DNA from: Owenia fusiformis
Taxonomy: Eukaryota
Direction: 5' to 3'
Assembly: GCA_903813345.2 (NCBI GenBank)
Contig: CAIIXF020000001.1
Location: 19,158,001-19,222,000 of the forward strand
DNA: 64,000 nt
The notes under the pieces: generated by a model
Database searches by the model: none
Told to the model about the DNA's origin: nothing
What the model saw: only the letters and a program-made list of their open reading frames with translations
Shown: one piece after another, positions 1 through 12,600 of the stretch
How the letters are laid out: every line of letters begins with the position of its first letter
Position numbering within the stretch: position 1 is the first letter of the stretch
Made by a program: the position numbers and the translations under genes

Positions 1-2674
1 CTTGATTTATGTGATTATATATTCAAAATTTATTCAAAGTGATGTCATATTTTAAATATACTGTATAAATACTGTTTTAAATACATTGTATAAATCTATA
101 GCATTGCGTTTTTTCTTCCGATTATATAGCAATATATGTCAACCATACCCTGTAATCAAGAAACATCATCATGATAAACAGAACCATTCACTTTCTTTTC
201 AAGTCAGGAGATAATGAGTTTTTCCCAATCGGAGACATTGGAAAATCCTACAAAATTAGCTTTTTGATCACATGGGTAATAAAACTTCAGAGTTGTTAGC
301 AGCCTCTCTAATGAAATAAATGTTACAGAATATAGCGGCCTTTATGTGAGATGAAAGTATTTCTGAGAATTTCATAATGATTTTAACATCCCCAGTGATC
401 TAAGTACCCTGCTTGGGCTCAGGGCAGTAAATTTTAGGCCCCTTGCCGAGCTGATCTTCGTCATAACTCAAAAAGTATTCCATCAGTCTATATACATGTA
501 TATAAATATATATGGTATCCTTATAGTGTTATTATAGTGTTAAAGTGTTATTACTAACTGACAAAATCTGATCCATTTCTTGCAGAAAACAAGACATTTA
601 ATTCAAAGGAGCTGGACACTCAAGTAGTATTGATACATTCAATATACGTCATTCACATGAACCATAATATGTACATATACTAAAATCTCTAAATGGATAT
701 ATGTAAGGTAGATAAATAATGGTAATTGGATTCGGCACTTACGCCTACATAACCATAAGTCAAGTAGGCTAACAATTAGTAGACTACTGACTGCACTGCA
801 TATAACAAAAAGAGACAGATAGAATGAGTTGTCTATGTAATACAAGGACAGATGTTGAATTTCTTAGACTGGAGTCAAAGTATTTACAAGGTCTCCAAAA
901 AGGTGTATTATGTGTATATGAGCTCATTTAGAAAAGGCAAAAAAGATTATTACTTCTAATCATTTTCTTTCTTTTACCTAGTAACATCTTACAAGAGGAA
1001 GAATTTTGACTGAGTCTAATGTTCAATTAAATCTTTGAGTGAAATTATCTGAATATCTATTTGGAGATGTAATTGCTATTTGTAGAGTAAATGTCAAGTA
1101 TAGGATGAAGTAGACAGAAACACTAATTTCCTTATAGAACTGTTCCATTTGTAAGAATATGCATTATACATTTGAGGCTTAATCTATAGCTTATATTCAG
1201 CAGGACTTTGAAGTTATCAGGAAAAAACAAATCAATTATCTTCGAAAAACCATTGTTCAGGACCCTTAACCTCAACACATTTTTCTGTAAGACTTGTTTT
1301 TTTAAAAGAGGACCTTTTTTATTTTTACCATAGCAATTGTTTCTTCTGAACTGTTTTTGGTAACTTCTGAGAGGGGAAAGAATGATGGAGTTTTATAAAG
1401 TAGAAAACAAAATATCCCATGTTATTTTCCCATAGGGAAAACTCATGCTCTCCATTGTTTTCAAGTTACCAATATTTATATTATAATATTCTCCAAATTA
1501 GACTGTAAATCATTTGTAATAGTCGCAGCATAGTGTAGATAAATGGGAATTATCTTAGATTATATTATTAGGACTCCCAAACAAAAATTAAATTTTTTAA
1601 ATATTAATAGATGACATGATGTATCAACATCTTGGTTTGATATCAGATCAGATGATGAATATTTAAAACGTTATCTAATAGATGGCATTATATGTCTTAC
1701 ATGAAGATGGCTTATTGTGTTGAAAGTTCAGAACTTATTAACTAATAGATGGCACTTATTGTCTTGAATAAAATACTCTAGTCGTGTTTCCATGGTATTT
1801 CTCTATTTGAACACAAGAATTAACATATGAATGCAATCTGTATGCAACTGGAGCAACTTATACAGATTTCTGTCGTTTTATAGATGTGATGTAGGTTTCA
1901 CTAGTTGATATTATTTGTACAAGATTTATTTTATTTAAACATATTTAGTCAATTATATAACTTAAAACCAATTCAGATCTTTAAGGTTGAATGGCATGTT
2001 TGCTGAAATTGAAAGATGAATAAATATATAAACAGTCAAAACCTTGCATAATTTTTGCACTTATTCCTCTTACAAAGCCGCATTGATTTTTAACAAGCAA
2101 TTAAGCGTCATGTTCTATTTGTAACCGAAAACAAATAGTGCGCAAAATACAATAAGTACCATTCTAATTGAATTGATTTCTTATTTTCTATTCTTGGACT
2201 TGATTAGAGTTGGCGTATTAGGATTACAGTCTTTTATTTTTTTAGGTAGAGTATATGTACTGTAACTTCAATTTAGATGTGAAAACTTGAGAAGGCAATA
2301 TAGCTCCTGGCATCGTCGTGTTAGATGCCATAGTTTATATCAGTCTTTAAAGGGCTTAGATAAGCATCTCAATCTTTGTTGATCGATTGAAATGGAGGAT
2401 AGGATGAGGATAGAAAGTATGTTAGGATGTTTGTTCAGTATTTTCAATGTACTGAATGTTTTTAAATGAATCTGTTAACCGACTTATCAAGATTATCTAT
2501 ATTATGACAATCAACATATAGAGGCATCATTGATTGACACAAATCAAGAAGGATAATTCAATAACGTGATGCCGTATATTTACAAGAATAACATGTTGTT
2601 AAGAAGGCAGAACAAGAACTAGGAAGTACAGTGCTGAAATGGATTTCTCTGCTTTATGTACTGCTTATCAACAG

Positions 2675-3650
2675 ATTTGAAACTACTCATACATTACATT
2701 AATCATATTTCAAACTACTCATACATTACATTAATCATATTTCAAACTACTCATGCATTACATTAATCATATTTCAAACTACTCATGCATTACATTAATC
2801 ATATTTCAAACTACTCATACATTACATTAATCATATTTCAAACTACTCATGCATTACATTAATCGTATTTCAAACTACTCATGCATTACATTAATCATAT
2901 TTCAAACTACTCATACATTACATTAATCATATTTCAAACTACTCATACATTACATTAATCATATTTCAAACTACTCATGCATTACATTAATCATATTTCA
3001 AACTGTTCATACATTACATTAATCATATTTCAAACTACTCATACATTACATTAATCATATTTCAAACTACTCATACATTACATTAATCATATTTCAAACT
3101 ACTCATACATTATATTAATCATATTTCAAACTACTCATACATTACATTAATCATATTTCAAACTGCACATGCATTATATTAATCATATTTGAAAGTACTT
3201 ATACATTCCATAGATCATATTTCAAACTGCACATGCATTATATTAATCATATTTGAAAGTACTTATACATTCCATAGATCATATTTCAAACTACTCATAC
3301 ATTACATTAATCATAATTGAAACTACTCATACATTACATTAATCATATTTCAAACTACTGATACATTACATTAATCATATTTCAAACTGCACATGCATTA
3401 CATTAATCATATTCCAAACTACTCATACATTATATTAATCATATTTGAAAGTACTTATACATTCCATAGATCATATTTCAAAGTAAACATGAATTACATT
3501 AATCGCATTTCAGGCTGCATTTGCACTACTTTTGAAATTACTTGTGCATTATATCAATCACATTTGAAACTACATGTGCTTTACAATAATCACATTTCAG
3601 ACTGCATTTGCATTACTTTTATCACATTTCAAACTGCATTTGCAATACAT
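2675..3650. repeat. 32-bp minisatellite, ~30 copies
   Basis: Unit TTTCAAACTACTCATACATTACATTAATCATA, degenerating towards the MIB2 acceptor at 3675. Confidence 0.95.
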
Positions 3651-3675
3651 TGATTTGATTTGAATTGATTTGCAG

Positions 3676-6600
3676 GTGAATCAAAGGAGGTGTCTGTATC
3701 CCAAACTGCAACATGTGTGTTCAAGGTAGGGGACAAGGTCCGGGTAGATTTGGAGGTTGAAATACTGAAAGCCATGCAAGAGGGCCATGGAGGATGGAAT
3801 CCAAAGATGGCAGAGGTGAGTAGAGCGCATATTCTTCATTAGTTTTTATGAGCTTAGTCACAAGAAAATAGAACATCATCACATACTTCACAGTGATTTG
3901 ATTTATATTTTTTTTTTTTATTATGAGTAGACTTCAAAAACACTTCAATATACATTTAACCTCATCTCTAAAATCTCAGGAAGTGGGTGTTTTCTAAAGG
4001 TTCAAATGTTAATGCAATGTCTCTCAAATTTCAACCATTTTTTCTTATCTAAACTCTATCCATGTGGTCAGATCACTGTTATCATAATGCGGCTCTTATA
4101 TTGATTACATTGAACAGGCTTGACGTCATAATCATACAGTAAAGTGATAAGAAAGAAGATGTAAATGTTAATTTATTCAAAATAATAAAAAATGATCTTA
4201 ATGAACAATAAAGAAGCTTGGCAGTATTTGAATAAAGTAGAGATATACATGCAAAATCTCCCTCTTCGTAATACTCCGATAAAACCATGATTGGAGATAG
4301 GAAGGCTGATAATACAATAAGCCCCAAGGGATTATTTGCATCAAGGGGATACAACTGATTGTTGAAGCTAGATGTTTTATATTACATTATAACTGCTTTG
4401 TTATCTCTCTAGGAGTTCCTATTCTTTTCATAATTGTCGATAAAGTTCGTACAGGATGAACTGCAAACAGTAAAACCTTTGTAATATCTGAATACCTCTT
4501 TTAGTGAATGCCGCAAAATTTGAATACCTTTAGCTGATACCTTCAATGCTCACTTTAGACATGTTTTCTGTAATTCTAGTCATAAACAATAGTATATCAT
4601 AATTTTTATTGAGGATAATACTATTGAATATAATTACTCTTTCTGTGTGTTTACAGTCTTACACGCTCACGCAGAGTTAACTCCCATATCTGACATGATC
4701 AGTTTGTCAATGTTGGGCCAGGTCAAAATATCACAACATTTTTTCATGAAAATTATTTTGTTTCAGGGGCAAACCCTGTAATGTGTAACATTTCAATGTT
4801 CATAAGCTTTAGAGTAAAGGGAAAATCTTTTACAGAGGGGAAGTGATCTCGTCTTTTACATTCCCAGAAAAAAGCAGTATTTTGATCCGACCCCTTAACC
4901 ATTCTAAAGACAATAACCTTTGCATGATTGCAATGAATAATTCAGGTTCATTGTTGAACGTATCCTAATATAGTAGTTGTTTGATTGCCCCTTTACTTTC
5001 ATTGCTAATTAGCGATTTCTCTCTCAAATGAAATACCAGGTAATGTTAAATTGAAGTACTATGAGGAAACACACCCCTTTGTCAATATTTTTTTATGTTT
5101 ATGTCTATGTCAATAATCTGCAACAGGCTAATTAGCCCATATAAAACAGATATTTAATTTAATAGTGATAAAATTCGAATATAATATAATTTAAAACCTT
5201 TATGTTTAAGTTGTTGTTTTTTTGCTTCAAACTACATACATGTATTTAATTTCTGCGTATTAGTCAGAATTAACTCAAGTAAATTTTATGTTTTCAGTAT
5301 ATTGCCAAAGTGGGAACAGTGCATCGTATTACAGAGAGAGGAGATGTCAGGGTACAATACGAGGGCTGCAGCAATAGATGGACCTTTCATGCAGGGGCAT
5401 TAACAAAAGTAAGGCATTAATCAAGCTAAGGTTCATAAACATAATGGTACAGCTAGGTACAATACGAGGGCTGCAGCAATAGATGGACCTTCCATGCAGG
5501 GGCATTAACAAAAGTAAGGCATTAATCAAGCTAAGGTTGATAAACATAATGGTACAGCTACATCTACAGCTAAAATGGTACAGCTATATCTACAGCTAAA
5601 ATGGTACAGCTATATCTACAGCTATGATGATACAGCTACAGTATAATGATACATCTAAAGCTAAAATGGCACAGCTATATCTACAGCTATAATGATACAG
5701 CTACAGTATAATGGTACATCTAAAGCTAAAATGGTACAGCTATATCAACAGCTATAAACATTTTGTCTTGTTAATGCCTTGTTTAAAGTTTAATTTTATT
5801 TAAAGATTGTTGATACTTTTGAAAAGTCTGTTTTCTCTGATGTAGAACATGTTTACAATGCTACTTATACCCAAGCATGCTCATCACATGGCATCACTCA
5901 TATATGCAATGTCACTGCAACATCCTCTATTATGTAAATGTTTGAGATCAAGGATCCAATAACATTGTTGCTATAAACAACTAGAATACATTGATTGGTT
6001 CAATGATAAGTTGTTCAGTTTCACACATTGTATGTCAGCCTTGAATGATCGTTTGTTTAGTTCTTGGCATCATCACTCAATACTATTTCTAAATTGTGTT
6101 TTATGATTTCCCTATAGTATATATATAGTTAGTGTTATATATCAATCGATAGCTGTTGAATTATTAAACCGAATAAAGGAAGACTAGCCTACGGAAAATG
6201 CTTGCTATAAATACACAGTAATCAGTTTGAATTGTCTCCTCTGACCCTTTCAAATAGCACTCACATCGTCTGTTAATCAATATTCCTCCGTGGTGAATTA
6301 GTAATCTTCTTTAATGCGCAGGATGTAAAGAATTATAGCGAGGGATCTTCGAGATTTGAGAGTTTCTGAATTGTTATTATTGTTTTTGTTATGGTTCATT
6401 TTACAGTGACCTATTATTGAACGATAAATTTTGTTTTTATGTGACAAATGTTTGTACAAAAGTAGATAATACGTTATGAGTTATGGATGTTGATATAGGT
6501 GTGGTTAATAATACACTTGTTAAGGTAAGGGGAAGTTTTGATAAGAACATGATAAGATAATTGAATGTTATTCATCATAGATTTATTCCTATTAATTATT

Positions 6601-9600
6601 TCCTTCAGAAAAAGATTGTATTTGATTAATTTTAATGAGACCATCCTTAATGAAAAAGCTGATATTGACCTATGATTATAATATCAATCAGCTTTCATTT
6701 AAAGAGGGATGTTGTGATAGGAATGCACCCACCTGAAAATCTATTTGCAACCACTCGAAAATGGTAAAAAATCATGAAAAATAGGCATATTTTGACCAAT
6801 TTTGGTATGAATTGTGAAAATGAAAATTTTGCACCCACTTGAGAAAAAATCTTGTGAAAAACACTGCTCCATGTTAATAATTTTATCCACTTATTAGTAC
6901 TTTGTATAAGTAAAGGAAGCTTTTTACACTTTTCAGCACTAAGGATAAAAGCTTTTGAAATGAGAAAAATTGTCGTGAATATGGCACTTGTGGCTTGTCA
7001 CTTTCATTTTGACTTGTTTGAGTATTCCAATTTTAACAAACTTCCCTTCAATCACCTCTCCTGTTTGTTAACCCTCAGAGTTAGCATCAACATTGTGTCC
7101 ATTGATTACGTTTTTGTTTGTCCCATTGCTGAGTGTAGTTATGTTATGGATTACATGAAATAGAAGTCTTGTTGCTTTATTCACAACTGAATTAACTTCC
7201 TGGAGATATTCAGGAGATTTTCTGTAGAAGATTACCTTTCATATGGACCGGCTTATATTTTGATTGGATATTGGAAAAAAACATTACAACTTGGTTCATA
7301 ATTCTATTTTGATCAGCTATTAGGATCTTCAACTTGAAACCATAGCTGCAAGGCAAGTGTTCTGTTTAATTTTTTATATTAATTCAAATGTACACAATAC
7401 AATGCAAAATTCAAAATGTAGTTTATTTAGGTAAACAAGGAAAATTGTTTACCTCATATTGACGAATCAGATTGGAGCTTATTCCAGCTGTTAATAACAA
7501 TTTATGTTTTCCTTTGTAGGTGCAACAGTTCCAAGTTGGGGATGTAGTGAAGATAGTAGATGATGTACAGAGAGTCAGAGACTTCCAAGTTGGACATGGG
7601 GAATGGACAGATAATATGAGAACAGTAAGTGTGTACATACTATATACAGTAAAACCTGTCTTAGTGAACACCTCTCTCTAGTGAACACTTGTCTCTAGTG
7701 GACATTCTACTCTACTGACTTCTGTATAAATGACCCTCTCTGTAGTGAACACCTTTAACACTGACATTTTTTCTTGGCAAAAAATGTTTAATATACACAT
7801 GTTTTATTGTATGTATTAATAGATATGTATCTGAATATATTGAATCGGAAATATCTTGCTTGATGTTTCTTTCACTACAAACTTACTTCCCTCATCAGTT
7901 AATACCAAGAAATAGAAGCAGACCAATTTTTAAAACTTGATAAATACAAGAAGGTAAATTTTGAAGAATATTGTAATTTTCAAGTTTTAGATAATTATTA
8001 ACCTCATATGGTAAGCATGTATGTTTTTTGTATTCTGTACAATGATAGTATAGTGTAGATTTATTTTTGCACTGACTTATATGACATGCCATGACATCTG
8101 AAGAAAAATAAAAATGTAATTTTCAGGCTCTGAATAAGACTGGCAGAGTGCTAAAGGTTTACACAGATGGGGATCTGAGAGTTTCAGTGTCAAACCAGAC
8201 ATGGACATTTAACCCTGCATGTTGCATTATACAACCACATGGTGCAGAGGACATGAACAATACAATGGGAGGGGGCCAGGAGAGAGATGAACCCACTAGT
8301 AGTAAGTACAATTCTTTTTACTAAATCTTTTGTACATTGTTGCTACTTGATCTGCATTAGAAACCCACCCATAAGAAGCTGTATCAGTTTGTATATATAA
8401 AAAGGACAGACAGACAGACGGACGGATGCGCCTAGGCCGACAATATGGCCCCACACTATGTGGTGGGGACATAACAAGTCTCAACATCTCATGATATAAC
8501 ATTATATGAAAACCTGGCTATGAAAGCCATGCTTTAGAAATCTGTCCATTGGCTGACTAAGGTAACTATTTTCAACACTTCATCTGCTTCGAAGATTTTA
8601 GAGAATGAATGTTCTTTGATCCTGGGATTTCCAATGGTTGAGTTTCTGTAATACAGTCTTTGAATTCTCAATCATCTACGTATCTCAATGAATGTACATG
8701 AATTTTATACTTTATATTTTTTTAGATTCATTAGTAATATTGTCTTTGAATTCTCAACCATCTATCTCAATGAATGTACATGAATTTTATACTTTATATT
8801 TTTTTAGATTCATTAGTAATATTGTCTTTGAATTCTCAACCATCTATCTCAATGAATGTACATGAATTTTATACTTTATATTTTTTTTAGATTCATTAGT
8901 AATATTGTCTTTGAATTCTCAACCATCTATCTCAATGAATGTACATGAATTTTATATTTTATATTTTTTTAGATTCATTAGTAATATTGTCTTTGAATTC
9001 TCAACCATCTATCTCAATGAATGTACATGAATTTTATATTTTATATTTTTTTAGATTCATTAGTAATATTGTCTTTGAATTCTCAACCATCTATCTCAAT
9101 GAATGTACATGAATTTTATATTTTATATTTTTTTAGATTCATTAGTAATATAGTCTTTGAATTCTCAACCATGTATCAACTATCTCAATGAATGTACATG
9201 TATTTTTTTAGATTCATTAGCTACTCTTCTTGAGCAGTTGATAGTGGACACTCAGTTGTATACAACAGGACCTGATAGACTTGTGCGTGAATCAGCCCAA
9301 GGCAATATAGATGTCGTCAGAGAGATTATAGCTAAATATCCAGACAAAGTAAGTGAATTATGGAGGAAATGTTACACTGATAAAGGAGTTTGCCTGAAGA
9401 TTTGACATATAGAAATTTCCTCGCCATAATAATTCTTTTGTTTTGGTTTTCTCCTTCTTCATAGTGTGTATTTTTTAGCTCACATGGCATGTAATCACCC
9501 ACTTGTTTTGTATTGTCCTCAAACAAATTATTTCCTGAATTTTAGGTTTACTATCTCGTTCAGTTTTGTTGTGTGTTGTGATCAGTACGTGAGAACATGT

Positions 9601-12600
9601 ATGTCAATTGATTCATGTCTTAGTGCTTGAATATCATTGATTGTTATCTCTCTGTGTCTTTGGCCTTAATTGTGTCTTTATTGTGTTGTTGTATTGTATC
9701 CTTTATTACCACAAGTGTATATTGTGAGTACATAGTTAGGGTTGAGTTTCTCCAGTGCAAATGAATGCTTTGATGATGATCAACACCATTGAATATTTTT
9801 TCAATTCCATATTTACAACAAAACATTGATCCATAGTATAGAGTTACAAAACATTTATTCCAATAAATATAAATAAATAATGAAATATAAACAAAAGTCA
9901 GATCTGCTCAGCCAGTTCAACCGGTGATTCCAGTTATTATATCTTCTTCCAATGTGGTGAGTTTTTTGTTAGCGTATGGACATGTGGGCTCCTGTGGTGT
10001 AGGGATTGGTTTGAGGACATCCTCTGTGAATTCCTTCTCCTTGCAGAACTCCAAAATTTCCTTCTCGTAGAGGTCTTTGAATGTGTCTTTGTTACGGGCA
10101 AGTACATATAGCTGGCCTCCATCATTTGTGGTAACCACAGAGTAGGCGTACTGGTTGTTTATGACTGGTCCAAGCTTGATGATCCAGTCTATATAGAAAC
10201 ATGGAGATACTTTATCAATCTGTCATTTATTTGTGACATTATTGAATTTTTTGAAAAAACTGATTTGAGTGATTTAAACATTTCAGATAGCTTGTCTTTG
10301 AGTGATTATTACATAGGTGAGGGAAAATACTTGAATAGTTCACTCTGTCATTCTTAAGTTATCAAATCAAAAAGCAGTGCTCCTGCTCTTTCTAAGGTGT
10401 TTCTCTCTAAATTAGCTTATATCTATTTGTTTTGGGACTGTGCCTCCAATTTACTTACATGATCCGGTGAAGGGGACATACTGTAGATGTAGGGCAAATT
10501 TGCCAGGGTCTCCTGTAGCATTTACTTGCTCTGCATAGCCTGTGATCTGACTCCAACGACCAGTGGGTGACCCAATCTTGCCAGAGTTGAGCACTGTGAT
10601 GGTGGTAGCATCCTTAAGTTGGTCTACAAGAATGCAAAATCACATATTTCAACCCTGTTGTTTTAAGGGATCCAGAGGACTATTCAGTCATCATGACATA
10701 ACTGCTATACCAAGTTATGATTTCATGGAATGTGAATTGTAACATTTCTCAGTTCTGATACACCAAACTATGATTTCATTGAATGTGAATTGTCTCACTT
10801 TTCAGTTCTTGATTGAAGCTTTAGAATTTCCTTTTTTTAATTCTCAATGGTAAAGATGAATGCAATGCAATTTTTAGTTCAGGGCCAATGCGTTTCATAA
10901 CTGTAAAGACCATTGATTACATAAAAAGTGAAAAACGCCAAATGGAAATCATCTGTAATAGAACACTAAATGTCAAGTGGGGTTTGATATGTTTGTTAAG
11001 TTTGTTCAAATATTAAAAGATCCCAAGGTACAAGATCAATATATTGATGTGCATCCAGAAATGTAATGAAGTAATGTTTGTGGAGAGAGAGAGTATAATA
11101 CCTCTGTTTAAATAACAAAGTTGTGAATCCTTGCTCCTCTACATACCTCAACTCCACAGGGAGATGAAGTCTACAGTGGCAGGGAGTTTTTTTTTGGGGG
11201 GGGGGCTTGATGCGAGACAATCAGTGATGAATAGGAGACTTACATGTAGCTGAAGTGCAGTGTTGGTCTTGTCCTGTGAAGGTTGTGGCTTGTTTGTTAG
11301 TGTACATCTGGAAACAGGATAGAAAAATGTATTTTGGTCTATTTTTGTTGCATTCAGTAGATTGTTACATTTCATTTATAGTTCTTTGCTTTACAATATG
11401 AATATTTTCAAAATATCAAAACACTATGTAAATTCCCTGTATAGTAAAGATTTGAAAAAAATTTTAATGAAAAAAAATTGTAACTACATGTATAGCTTAA
11501 ATGTATACCTGATACCAGCGACCAATATAAAGTGCAGCATCTAATTTCGGCACTGTTGGAATCACCCTCTTCTTGTACTTTGGTGCAAATATGAACCCAT
11601 TTGCCACTCCAAGTATCACCACTAGCGTGATCAATTTAATAAACATTTTCAGTTTTTCCTGTAGCTTGTAGACTGGAGAATCTGCTCTGTGGTTTTGTTT
11701 GTGGATTGAAAGGGAATAGTTTGGGTTTATATAGTGTTCATTACATTGTCATATCTCCCATATCAAACTGATAAGATTAGACGTATCTATTGGATGTGGC
11801 CATGCAACGGGTTTGTTCTATAATGTTTAATTATCACACTCACATTTATTTGGAATATCTTATTTTTGTGATAAGAAGGTCATTGAGGTCGATACATGCA
11901 CGAATATGTTCAGAATGTTTTTTATGTACACTTTTACATGCACGCTATAAAAACGTCTTTTTATTATTATTTTGACAAATATACATTAAAATTTGATCAT
12001 CTTTTTGTTAGAATTCTTGCAGTTTTCTCTTCTGACTATTGTATTGATTGTATACTCTTTCACATATTGTGATAGATGCATGCATTTAAACATGCTGTTT
12101 TGTTGGGCCAAAGATTCTTTTTGATACCAAATGCAGACCAATAACTCTTGACTCCAACCACAGACTCTTCAACTACATGTATCTAGTGTGTAAATGTAAT
12201 ATTTGATCATAATTATATTACATGAATAAATAAAAAAAAAATATTCTTCTACATTGCAGACTGATCAGAGAAGCTCTGGAAAGACAGCATTACAAGTAGC
12301 AAGTCATCAGGGTCACCTTGACATAGTCAAGATACTCCTAGCTGCTGGCTCTAACCTAGAGGTACAAGATGAAGATGGAGACACTGCCTTACACTACTCA
12401 GCCTTCGGGTAAACATACTTTTATTCATGCATGCGATGTATCAGTGATCATAAGCCATGTATGGACTTGAGGACAAATATGTATGGAAAATTATGGTGTA
12501 TTACTCTTTGAATGAGAATCATACGTTTTGCTATGTTGACTGAGTAATATTTCTTTTGATACAATTGAAATGTACTTGCAAAAATTTTAAACTTAGAGAA

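Noticed and set aside
2675-3650. CRISPR-like regular array (also 25808-25907 and 38239-38620)
   Set aside because: Head-to-tail units with no unique spacers, no cas genes and a eukaryotic intron context; these are minisatellites.
4082-4700. Possible decayed retroelement or ORF 4082-4354
   Set aside because: No RT, endonuclease or transposase motif recognisable in the frames I read.
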